This document shows, in pieces, positions 9,077-19,632 of a DNA stretch of 64,000 bases. Within the stretch, counting starts at the first letter, position 1; the number at the start of each line of letters is the position of its first letter. A model generated the notes under the pieces. That model was not told the DNA's origin. It made no database searches and saw only the letters and a program-made list of their open reading frames with translations. This DNA is from an uncultured Actinomycetota bacterium (lineage in GTDB: Bacteria; Actinomycetota; Acidimicrobiia; Acidimicrobiales; Palsa-688): positions 45,205-109,204 of the forward strand of contig CAVWQR010000005.1 in the NCBI GenBank assembly GCA_963757175.1, written 5' to 3'. A program made the position numbers and the translations under genes.

Positions 9077-9654
9077 CCACCGGCGCGACCGACGAGCTCG
9101 TCGGGCGCCTGCTGGTCGCCAATCCGCGGCTGGCGGACCCCAACTTCGACCGCAGCATCGTTCTCGTCCTCGCCCACGGCGACGAGGGTGCCCTGGGCGT
9201 GATCCTGAACCGTCCGAGCGACACTGCGGTCGCCGAGGCGCTGCCCGGTTGGGAAGAGGTCGCCTCCGCCCCCGCCACCGTGTTCGTGGGCGGCCCGGTA
9301 CAGCAGACCACCGTGATTGCCCTGGCCCAATCCACCGGGCCGGTGGCCACGAGCACCGACCCGGATACGGGGTGGGCGTCGGTCGCCGGCGACGTGGGCA
9401 CCATCGACCTCGACCTCGGCCCCGACGAGGCGGCCCAGCGGGTGGCGGGCCTGCGCGTGTTCGCCGGCTACGCCGGCTGGGGGCCCGAGCAGCTGGAGAG
9501 CGAGATCGCCGCCGGCGGATGGTTCGTCGTCGACGGTGAACCCGGCGACGGGCTGACGTCGGATCCGGCGTCGCTGTGGAAGCAGGTGCTGCGGCGGCAG
9601 CGGTCGGATCTCGCCCTGGTCGCCGCCTATCCCGACGACCCCGACATGAACTGA
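9073..9654 (+). CDS. YqgE/AlgH family protein (UPF0301)
   Basis: ORF 9073..9654. 'GRLLVANPRLADPNFDRSIVLVLAHGDEGALGVILNRP' and 'VFAGYAGWGPEQLESEI..G.W' are family signatures. Confidence 0.85.
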   Translation: MTTGATDELVGRLLVANPRLADPNFDRSIVLVLAHGDEGALGVILNRPSDTAVAEALPGWEEVASAPATVFVGGPVQQTTVIALAQSTGPVATSTDPDTGWASVAGDVGTIDLDLGPDEAAQRVAGLRVFAGYAGWGPEQLESEIAAGGWFVVDGEPGDGLTSDPASLWKQVLRRQRSDLALVAAYPDDPDMN

Positions 9655-9662
9655 GGTTGCCG

Positions 9663-11393
9663 GTGACGTCAACCCACGAGGTGTCCAACCAGCCCCCGCC
9701 GCTGGCGGGTTACGACGTTTTCGCCTCCGATGCGGCGCTGCGCGAGGCGGTCGATCGCGAGGGCGCCGGCTGGGCGGTCGACGAGCTCCACGCCCTCGGC
9801 TCGCTGGCCGGGTCCGAGGAGGCCATCGGGTGGGGGTTCCAGGCCAACGCCAACCCTCCGGTGCTGCGCACCCACGACCGCTACGGCAACCGGCTCGACC
9901 GTGTCGACTTCCACCCCAGCTATCACCAACTGATGGACGTGGCCGTGTCCCACGGGCTGCACGCCGCCCCATGGGAGGAAGTCTCCAGCAGCGTCGGCGA
10001 TGGGCGCCGGGGGGCCGGCCCGAGCGGCCGAGGGCCCGGCCCGAGCGGCCGCGGAGCGGAAGGCAGAGCCCGGCACGTGGCCCGGGCGGCCGGTTTCTTC
10101 GTGTGGAGCCAGGTCGATGCCGGCCACGGATGCCCGATCTCCATGACCTACTCGGTCCTCCCCGCCCTGACCGCGGCGCCGACGCTGCTGGAGGCGTGGC
10201 GGCCGAGGCTGATCTCGCGGCGTTACGACCCGTCCGACCGCCCCGCGGTCGACAAGGCCGGTGCCCTGGCCGGCATGGGCATGACCGAGAAGCAAGGGGG
10301 TTCGGACGTACGCGCCGGGACCACCCGGGCCGAGCGCGACGGTGACGAGTGGCGTCTGACCGGCCACAAGTGGTTCTTCTCGGCACCCATGGGCGACGTC
10401 TTCCTGGTGCTCGCCCAGAGACCCGCCGGCGTCTCGTGCTTCCTCCTGCCGCGGTACACGCCCGACGGGGAGCGCAACCAGGTCCGCCTGCAGCGGCTCA
10501 AGGACAAGCTCGGCAATCGCTCGAACGCCTCCAGCGAGATCGAGCTCGACGGGGCGTGGGCGCAGCTGCTCGGCGAGGAGGGGAGGGGCGTGGCCACCAT
10601 CATCCAGATGGTCAACCACACCCGGCTGGACTGCGTGCTGGGCGCGGCCGCCGGAACCCGCCAGGCCGTGGCTCAGGCGTGCCATCACGCCCGTCACCGC
10701 CGGGCGTTCGGCCGCGACCTGGTCGACCAGCCCCTCATGGCTGCCGTGCTGGCCGACCTGGCCGTCGAGAGCGAAGCGGCCACCGCCCTGGCCCTGCGTC
10801 TGGCCCGGGCCTACGACCGGGCGGACGACGACCCGGCCGAGGACGCCTTTCGCCGCCTGGCCACTGCGGCCGGCAAGTACTGGGTGTGCAAGCGCCACCC
10901 GCCGGCCGTGGCCGAGGCGCTGGAGTGCCTGGGCGGCAACGGCTACGTCGAGGAGTCGATCATGCCCCGGCTGCTGCGGGAGAGCCCCCTCAACGGCATC
11001 TGGGAGGGGTCGGGCAATGTCATCTGCCTCGACGTGCTGCGGGCGCTGGCCCGCACCCCGGCATCGGTGGAGGCGCTGACCGACGAGCTGGGCACGGCGC
11101 GCGGCGGCGACCGTCGCCTCGATCGGGCCATGGACGGGCTGGCGACCGAGCTGGCGTCGCTGGCCACCGCGGATCCCGGTGCACTCGAGTCGGGTGCCCG
11201 CCGGCTGGTCGAGCGCCTGGTCGTGACCCTGCAGGGGGCGCTGCTCGTTCGTGACGGCCATCCGGCGGTGGCCGACGCCTTCTGCGCCAGCCGTCTGGGG
11301 GACGGCGGCGGAGGGCGGGCGTTCGGTGCCATGCCCGCCGGCGCCGACCACCAGGTCATCGTCGAGCGGGCCACGCCGAAGCTCGGGCGCTGA
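9663..11393 (+). CDS. acyl-CoA dehydrogenase family protein, AidB-like
   Basis: Lies in the frame of ORF 9576..11393, with GTG 9663 preceded by GAGG. 'NQPPPLAGYDVFASD', 'GMTEKQGGSDV', 'KWFFSAPM' and 'GGNGYVEE' follow the AidB-type ACAD pattern. Confidence 0.85.
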   Translation: MTSTHEVSNQPPPLAGYDVFASDAALREAVDREGAGWAVDELHALGSLAGSEEAIGWGFQANANPPVLRTHDRYGNRLDRVDFHPSYHQLMDVAVSHGLHAAPWEEVSSSVGDGRRGAGPSGRGPGPSGRGAEGRARHVARAAGFFVWSQVDAGHGCPISMTYSVLPALTAAPTLLEAWRPRLISRRYDPSDRPAVDKAGALAGMGMTEKQGGSDVRAGTTRAERDGDEWRLTGHKWFFSAPMGDVFLVLAQRPAGVSCFLLPRYTPDGERNQVRLQRLKDKLGNRSNASSEIELDGAWAQLLGEEGRGVATIIQMVNHTRLDCVLGAAAGTRQAVAQACHHARHRRAFGRDLVDQPLMAAVLADLAVESEAATALALRLARAYDRADDDPAEDAFRRLATAAGKYWVCKRHPPAVAEALECLGGNGYVEESIMPRLLRESPLNGIWEGSGNVICLDVLRALARTPASVEALTDELGTARGGDRRLDRAMDGLATELASLATADPGALESGARRLVERLVVTLQGALLVRDGHPAVADAFCASRLGDGGGGRAFGAMPAGADHQVIVERATPKLGR

Positions 11394-11408
11394 CGGCGGT
11401 CTGCCGGC

Positions 11409-12983
11409 GTGGCCGAGGACCTGGATCTCGACCGGCTCAACGAACTGGTGCGCGACGCCCTGGGCCGGCCCGACGCCACCGTGGGCGAGATGCACGCCCT
11501 CTCGGGCGGTGCCAGCCGCCAGACATGGTCGCTGGTCGCCGCCGCCCCCGACGGCCTCCGCCGCCGGCTGATCCTGCGGCGGGACCCGCCGGGTCTGGCG
11601 GCCGGCGCCGGCGACGGCGTGGGGGCGGGACCGGCCTCAGGGCCGGCCTCAGCCGACGGGAGCGGGACGACCTCGCTGGAGGTGGCGTGCCTGCGCGCCG
11701 CGGCGGGCGCCGGCGTGGCCGTGCCCGGACTGCTCGCCCACGACGAGGGACCGGCGACCCTGGGTGCGCCGTTCCTGCTCATGGACCACGTCGAGGGCGA
11801 GACCATCCCGCGGCGGATCCTCCGCGACGAGCGTTTCGCCGTGGCCCGGTCGCGCCTGGCCGGCCAGTGCGGGGAGGCGCTGGCCCGCATCCACGGCATC
11901 GACCGCGCCGAAGTGGCGCCGGCCGTCTCCGTCGATCCCCTGGCGAGGATCGGTCTGGCCCTCGAGGCCATCGGCGACCCCCATCCCGTGTTCGAGTTGG
12001 CCCGGCGGTGGCTGGAGCTGCACCGCCCGGAATCAGCGCCCGAGAGTCTCGTCCACGGCGACTTCCGCAGCGGCAACCTCATCGTCGACGAGGACGGCCT
12101 GGCCGCGGTCATCGACTGGGAGCGGGCCCACTGGGGCGATCCGGTGGAGGACCTGGGGTGGCTGTGCGTGCGCGCCTGGCGGTTCGGTTCCCCGCTCGAG
12201 GCGGGTGGTTTCGCCACGGTCGACGCCCTGCTGGACGCGTACCGCGAGGCCGGCGGGAGACCCGTCGACGCCGGCCGGTTCGGGTGGTGGCTGGTGTTCG
12301 GCACCCTCGACTGGGGGGTGATCTGCGGCGTCATGGCCCATCGTCATCTGGACCAGGGGCTGCGGTCGGTCGAGCTGGCGACCATCGGCCGGCGGGCCGC
12401 CGCCCAGGAGTGGGACCTGCTCGGACTGCTGGCGCCCCGGCTGGCCGAGGGCGGGGACGCCGGGGCGGCTGCCGGGGGCGGGGCTGCCGGCGGCGCCGCT
12501 GCCGGGGCCGGGGCGGCTCGGGCGGCAGCGCAGGAGGCGGCCGCCGTGGGCAGGTCCTACTCCTGGGCGGCGCCCCGGCCGGGCCCGCCTGGAGCGCCCG
12601 CGCCGGACCCGCGCGGGACCAGGGGGCCGCACGACCGCCCCGACCCGGGCGAGCTAACCGGTGCCGTGCGGGACTATCTGAGCGACGAGGTGTTCGGGGC
12701 CACGTCGGGTCGCATCCAGTTCCTGACCCGGGTGGCCATCAACGCCCTCGGCATCGTGGAGCGGGAGCTGGCGCTCGGGCCCGCCCACGCCGCCCGCCAC
12801 GCCGCCCGCCTGCGGGCGCTGGGCGCGGCCGACGACGCCCAGCTGGCGGCCGCCATCCGCGCCGGCCGGTGGGACGATCGCCTGGACGCGCTCATCGCCC
12901 CGCTGCGCGCCGCCGTCGCCGACAAGCTGGCGGTCGACAACCCGGCGCTGCTGGCGGCGGAGGCCGGCGACCCGGCGTCGTGA
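11409..12983 (+). CDS. phosphotransferase (APH/choline-kinase-like) family protein with Ala/Gly-rich linker and C-terminal helical extension
   Basis: ORF 11409..12983 with a GTG start. The kinase-like motifs 'LVHGDFRSGNLIVD' and 'VIDWERAHWGDPVEDL' are present. The tail 'LTGAVRDYLSDEV...' resembles the separate small proteins (DUF6285-like, from memory) often found next to such kinases. Confidence 0.75.
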   Translation: MAEDLDLDRLNELVRDALGRPDATVGEMHALSGGASRQTWSLVAAAPDGLRRRLILRRDPPGLAAGAGDGVGAGPASGPASADGSGTTSLEVACLRAAAGAGVAVPGLLAHDEGPATLGAPFLLMDHVEGETIPRRILRDERFAVARSRLAGQCGEALARIHGIDRAEVAPAVSVDPLARIGLALEAIGDPHPVFELARRWLELHRPESAPESLVHGDFRSGNLIVDEDGLAAVIDWERAHWGDPVEDLGWLCVRAWRFGSPLEAGGFATVDALLDAYREAGGRPVDAGRFGWWLVFGTLDWGVICGVMAHRHLDQGLRSVELATIGRRAAAQEWDLLGLLAPRLAEGGDAGAAAGGGAAGGAAAGAGAARAAAQEAAAVGRSYSWAAPRPGPPGAPAPDPRGTRGPHDRPDPGELTGAVRDYLSDEVFGATSGRIQFLTRVAINALGIVERELALGPAHAARHAARLRALGAADDAQLAAAIRAGRWDDRLDALIAPLRAAVADKLAVDNPALLAAEAGDPAS

Positions 12984-12999
12984 GCCCGCCGGCCCGGTG

Positions 13000-14025
13000 T
13001 CAGCCCCCGCCGGGATCGGAGACCCGGACCAGGACTTTGCCCGTGTTCTCACCGCGGAACAGAAGGTTCAAGGCGTCCGGCGCGCTCATCAGCCCGTCGA
13101 CCACGTGCACCCGGTAGCGCACGCGTCCCTCGGCCACCCAGCCGGCCATCTCCTGCTGTGCCGCCGGGAACCGACCCACGAAGTCGAGGACGAGGAACCC
13201 TTCCATCCTCCCGCGCTTGACGATGAGGTTGACGTAGTTGGCCGGGCCGGGCGGCGGCGCCGCCGCGTTGTAGCCGGCGATGGCGCCGCAGAGAACCACC
13301 CGGCCCCGCAGGGCCAGCTGGCCCAGGCAGGCGTCCAGAATCTCCCCGCCCACGTTGTCGAAGTACAGGTCGATCCCGTCGGGGCACGTCTGGTGGAGAC
13401 GCCGGCGGACATTTTCCGCCTTGTAGTCGATGGCGGCGTCGAAGCCCAGCTCGCCGGTGAGCCACGCGCACTTCTCCGGGCCGCCGGCGATGCCGACCAC
13501 CCGCTTGGCTCCCTTGATCCGGGCGATCTGGCCGGCGACCGATCCGGTGGCGCCCGCCGCCCCGGATACCACCACGACGTCGCCTTCGGTCACCCGGCCG
13601 ATGTCGAGCATGCCGAAATAGGCGGTGATCCCCGTCGTCCCCAGCACGCTCATGGCCGCCTCGGGGTCGACGCCCGGTGGCAGCACGCTGACGCCGGCCG
13701 CGTCCGCCCCGACCACCACGTGATCCTGCCAGCCGGTCATGCCGGACACGAGGGTGCCGACGGCAAAGCCGTCGGCCCGGCTGGCCACCACCTCGCCCAG
13801 GCCGCCGCTGCGCACCACGTCGCCGATCTGGATGGCCGGCAGGTAGCCCTCGGCCTCGTTCATCCACGTGCGGATGGTGGGGTCGATGGACAGGTAGCGC
13901 ACCGCCACCAAGGCCTGACCGGGCTCCAGGTCGGGGATGGGCGCCTCCTCGACGCGGGTGGTGCGCTCGTCGATGGGGCCGCGCGGACGTTCGGCCAGGA
14001 CGATGCGGCGGTTGCGGTCGGTCAT
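13000..14025 (-). CDS. NADP-dependent oxidoreductase (MDR family, YncB/CurA-like)
   Basis: Lies in the frame of ORF 13000..14190 from ATG 14025 ('MTDRNRRIVLAERP'). 'VVVSGAAGATGSVAGQIAR..GA.RVVGIAG' and 'GRMEGFLV' are typical of this family. Confidence 0.85.
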   Translation of the reverse strand: MTDRNRRIVLAERPRGPIDERTTRVEEAPIPDLEPGQALVAVRYLSIDPTIRTWMNEAEGYLPAIQIGDVVRSGGLGEVVASRADGFAVGTLVSGMTGWQDHVVVGADAAGVSVLPPGVDPEAAMSVLGTTGITAYFGMLDIGRVTEGDVVVVSGAAGATGSVAGQIARIKGAKRVVGIAGGPEKCAWLTGELGFDAAIDYKAENVRRRLHQTCPDGIDLYFDNVGGEILDACLGQLALRGRVVLCGAIAGYNAAAPPPGPANYVNLIVKRGRMEGFLVLDFVGRFPAAQQEMAGWVAEGRVRYRVHVVDGLMSAPDALNLLFRGENTGKVLVRVSDPGGG

Positions 14026-14062
14026 GGGCTCATCCTGGCAGGGTGCGGACTCGGCCGGCGGC

Positions 14063-14115
14063 GGGGAGGGTGGGCGCGGCCTCCGCACCTGCGTGGTTTG
14101 GCGCGCCCCCTCCCC
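14063..14115 (-). terminator. candidate stem-loop downstream of typA (possible intrinsic terminator)
   Basis: GGGGAGGGTGGGCGCG (14063-14078) pairs with CGCGCCCCCTCCCC (14102-14115), leaving one bulge and a 23-nt loop. There is no U-tract. It sits between the typA stop (14284) and the next gene start (14025). Confidence 0.25.
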
Positions 14116-14283
14116 GTCAGCTGCGTGGGAGGGTGCGGTACTCGCGACCAGCCACGCAGTTCGCAGGGAGCGGCGCGACCTTTCACGCATCTCGGGCCCC
14201 GCCGCCGCCGCCCCGGCCGCCCCGCCTCCGGCCGCGCCCGCCGCGCTAAGCCGCCGGCCCCGCCGTGCCCGCGTCCCGCCGGC

Positions 14284-16142
<1,859 letters not shown>

Positions 16143-16240
16143 GGGAGCAGTTGGGGAAAGGGTGCCCGGGTGCGGGGTGCGCCTGGGCGGCCCAGGGTAC
16201 CGTCGGCGCCGGCGACGAGGGCCTCGGGGCCCGACCTCTC

Positions 16241-17910
16241 CTACCGGAGGCGCCGGCGTCGGCGCCGGGTGCGGCGGTGGTCCTCCATGCGGTCGCGGAT
16301 GAGCTGGCGGCGGGCCTGGAGCTCGCGGTAGGTGAGGCGGTCGACGTCGGATCCGACGCCCAGGCCGGCCCGCACCCCTTCCATGTCCACCGGGTGGAGG
16401 CGGGGGTCGATGCCGACGTCCAAGGCGATCTGGGCCCCGTAGCGGGTGGTGAAGTAGGCGGCGACCTCGGTGATCTCGGCGAACAGGTCGACGTCGGGGG
16501 CGAGCGTGGCCAGGGCGCCGTCGAGGAACAGCAGGTCCTTGACGAACAGCATGAGGATCTTCGGGAACCGGGCGCCGTAGGCGAGCAGCTGCTTGGTCAC
16601 CTCCCGGATCTCGCCGAGCAGCTCGTCCGGGGTCATGGTGGTGGGATCCACGGCGGGCGGTCGAGGCCCAGGTCGTGCATCACCGCGTCGAGGTCGGTGT
16701 CGGGCGGCAAGGCCCCCAGGTCCCGCAGGGCGGCGAGCTGCAACTTGGGATCGTTGATGGTGCCGCCCATGAGCATGCGCAGGAACGCCACCCGACGCTC
16801 GCGGTCCAGCCGTCCGGTGATCCCGTAGTCGAGCAGGGCCACCCGGCCGTCGGTCCGCACGAACAGGTTGCCGCCGTGCAGGTCGCCGTGGAACACCCCG
16901 AACAGGGTGGCGCCCTCCAGGAAGGCGATCATCAGCGCCCGCACCACGGCGTTGGTGTCGATGCCGGCTCCGCGCATGCCGGCGACGTCGTCCCAGCCGA
17001 AGCCGTCCAGACGCTCCATGACCAGCACCCGACGGGTCACCAGCTCCGGGTGAGGGCGGGGAACGACCACCGCCCGCTGCCCGGTCGAGGCCAGGATGCG
17101 GGCGATGTCGAGCATGTTGTCCGCTTCCAGGCGGAAGTCGAGCTCCTCGACCACGGTCTCGGCGAACAGCTCGACCAGCGCCGGCGGGTTGGCCAGCGCC
17201 GACACCGGGATGCGGCCGATGAGCGCCGGCGCGATCCAGCTCATGGCGGCCAGGTCGATGCGAACGAGCGACGCCACCTCCGGCCGCTGCACCTTGACCA
17301 CCACCGGCTCCCCGGTGGGCAGGGTGGCCGCGTGGACCTGGGCGATCGACGCCGCCGCCACCGGCTCGGTGGCGAAGGTGGCGAAGGCGCGCTCCAGGGG
17401 CACGCCGAGATCCTCTTCCACCACCTCTCTGACCACGGCGAAGGGCTCGGGCGGCACGTGGTCGCGCAGGAGGCGGAACTCGGCCACCAGCTCGGGCGGG
17501 AACACCCCCTCGCCCGACGACAGGATCTGGCCCAGCTTGATATAGGTCGGCCCGAGGCGCTCGAAGGCGATCCGCAGCCGGCGGGAGATGCCGGCGCGCG
17601 AGCGGCCGGGGTCGCCGTGGCGCCGTCCCTGGCGGCGTTCGACGGCCATCCAGCGGACGATGGCCCCGCCCAGCTCGACGCCGACCTTGACCACCCGCCG
17701 TCCCGGGGGAAGGCGCCGGCGGCGCAGCAGCAGCGGAACCTGGGCCGCGGTGCCCGCCCGCAACGCGGGGGCGCCCTGACGCCAGGCCGGTTGGTCGTCG
17801 GCCAGGACCCACGGCGGCGTGTCGCTGAACGCGCCGAAGGCGAGGTCGGCGGGGGCGTCCGGCGGCAGCGCCTCGTCCGAGCGGGAGGCCGAGATCATCT
17901 CGCCGGGCAC
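16241..17910 (-). pseudogene. ABC1/UbiB-family atypical kinase, frame broken as assembled
   Basis: ORF 16633..17910 carries 'FERLGPTYIKLGQILS', 'ASIAQVH' and 'FHGDLHGGNLFV'. The C-terminal ~130 aa continue in the 16241.. frame ('[18 protein letters not shown]'). The break is near 16650. Confidence 0.85.
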
Positions 17911-17924
17911 GCTACTGTCCGCCC

Positions 17925-18386
17925 ATGGCAGACACGCTGCAGGTGGGGGACCGGGCGCCCGCGTTCACCCTCCAGGACCAGAACGAGAAACCGGTGGCGC
18001 TCAAGGACTTCCGGGGCCGCCGCGTCCTCGTGTACTTCTATCCCAAGGCGGACACTCCCGGCTGCACGACCCAGGCGTGCGGGCTGCGCGACGTCCTGGG
18101 CGACATCGGCGACACCGCCGTGGTGGGCATCAGCCCCGACCCGCCCCGTCGGCAGGCCAAGTTCGACCAGAAGTACGGGCTCGGGTTTCCCCTGCTGGCC
18201 GACGAGGACCACGCCGTGGCCGAGGCCTACGGCGTGTGGACCGAGAAGCGCAACTACGGGCGCACGTACATGGGCGTCCTGCGTTCGGCGTTTCTCGTCG
18301 ACCCCGATGGCCGGCTGGCGCAGGTGTGGTACAAGATCTCGCCCAAGGACACGCCGGCCAAGCTGACCGCCGCCCTAGCCGCTTAA
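17925..18386 (+). CDS. bcp: thioredoxin-dependent peroxiredoxin Bcp
   Basis: ORF 17925..18386. 'GDRAPAFTL.DQ', 'LVYFYPKADTPGCTTQAC' and 'FPLLADEDH' are Bcp motifs. Confidence 0.9.
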   Translation: MADTLQVGDRAPAFTLQDQNEKPVALKDFRGRRVLVYFYPKADTPGCTTQACGLRDVLGDIGDTAVVGISPDPPRRQAKFDQKYGLGFPLLADEDHAVAEAYGVWTEKRNYGRTYMGVLRSAFLVDPDGRLAQVWYKISPKDTPAKLTAALAA

Positions 18387-18788
18387 GACCATCTGCGTCT
18401 GGGTGGTGCGGGCCACCAGCCGGTCCCGTTCGTCGCGCAGGTCGGTGTCGACGACGATGACCGTGCGTCCTACGTGCAGCGGCCGCGACGTGGCGGTGAC
18501 GACCGATCCCTCCCGCACGGCGCGCAACAGGTTGGTCTTGGACTCCACCGTCGTGGTCCCGGCACCCTCGGGGAGGTTGAGGAAGGCGCACCAACCGCCG
18601 GTTCCGTCGGCCAGGGCCATGAGCGCCCCCCCGTGAAGGAGCCCGCCGGTCGTGCAGCGGGTGGCGTCCCACGCCAGCCGGGTGACGACCTCGTCGGGGG
18701 TGGCCGACACCGCTTCCGCGCCCAGGACGGCCATGAACGGCTGGGACGCGCGCAGGAATTCGGTGGGGGCGGGATCCTGATCGGCCAT
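18375..18788 (-). CDS. PaaI-family hotdog-fold thioesterase
   Basis: ORF 18375..18788. 'GGLLHGGALMALADGTGG', 'TVESKTNLLRAV' and 'GRTVIVVDTDL' match the PaaI/YdiI pattern. Confidence 0.8.
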   Translation of the reverse strand: MADQDPAPTEFLRASQPFMAVLGAEAVSATPDEVVTRLAWDATRCTTGGLLHGGALMALADGTGGWCAFLNLPEGAGTTTVESKTNLLRAVREGSVVTATSRPLHVGRTVIVVDTDLRDERDRLVARTTQTQMVLSG

Positions 18789-18819
18789 GCGCTCATCCTG
18801 GCAGCCCTATCCTGTCGCC

Positions 18820-19632
18820 GTGCTCCGACGTGAACCTCTGGTCGACGCGCTGGTGGAGGAATGGCTGGCGATCGACGCCCTCGTCGAGGGGCTCGCCGCC
18901 GACGAGTGGTCGACGCCGACCTGCCTGCCGGGATGGGACGTGGCCGACGTGCTCGCCCATGTGGTCGGCACCGAGGCCATGCTGCTGGGGGAGCCCGCTC
19001 CCGAGACCGCTATCGACCCGCACCAGCGGTCCCATGTCCGCAACGAGATCGCCGCCGCCAACGAGCGCTGGGTCGAGGCGGCGCGCACGCTGACGCCCGG
19101 CGAGCTGGTCGCGCGCTACCGCGAACTGATCGCCCGTCGTCGGCAGGCCTTGGCCGGGATGGACGACGCCGCCTTCGAGGCGGCCTCGTGGACGCCGGCG
19201 GGCGACGCCACCTACGGACGGTTCATGCAGATCCGGCTGTTCGACACCTGGATGCACGAGCAGGACATCCGCGCCGCGCTCGACCGGCCCGGCCACGAGG
19301 ACGGGGCCTGCGCCGAGGGCGCCCAGGACGAGATCGAAGCCGGTCTCGGCTTCATCATCGGCAAGCGGGCCGGCGCCCCCGACGGCTCCTCGGTGACCAT
19401 CGAGCTCACCGGCCCGGTGCGCCGCACCACCCACGTCGTCGTGGCCGGCCGGGCCCGGGTCGCGGAACGGCTGGACGGACCGGCGACGACCACGCTGCGT
19501 CTGGGCTCCACGCTCTTCGCCCGCCTGGCCGGCGGCCGGGTCGAGCCGGCCGACCACCTGGCCGACATCGCGGTCGAAGGCGACGCCGGACTCGGCCGGC
19601 AGGTGGCCACCCGCCTGGCGTTCACGATCTGA
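18820..19632 (+). CDS. DinB-like / mycothiol-dependent maleylpyruvate isomerase family protein
   Basis: Lies in the frame of ORF 18787..19632. 'WSTPTCLPGWDVADVLAHVVG' is the N-terminal metal-binding-domain signature. I preferred the GTG at 18820. The ATG at 18787 is the alternative and would overlap the divergent gene's ATG (CATG). Confidence 0.7.
   Translation: MLRREPLVDALVEEWLAIDALVEGLAADEWSTPTCLPGWDVADVLAHVVGTEAMLLGEPAPETAIDPHQRSHVRNEIAAANERWVEAARTLTPGELVARYRELIARRRQALAGMDDAAFEAASWTPAGDATYGRFMQIRLFDTWMHEQDIRAALDRPGHEDGACAEGAQDEIEAGLGFIIGKRAGAPDGSSVTIELTGPVRRTTHVVVAGRARVAERLDGPATTTLRLGSTLFARLAGGRVEPADHLADIAVEGDAGLGRQVATRLAFTI

Noticed and set aside
8483-10386. Long minus-strand ORFs (8483..9688 and 8974..10386) opposite the HIT-like, YqgE and AidB-like genes.
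   Set aside because: Their translations are Arg/Pro-rich and lack motifs, and the plus-strand genes have strong family signatures and coupled stop/start overlaps.
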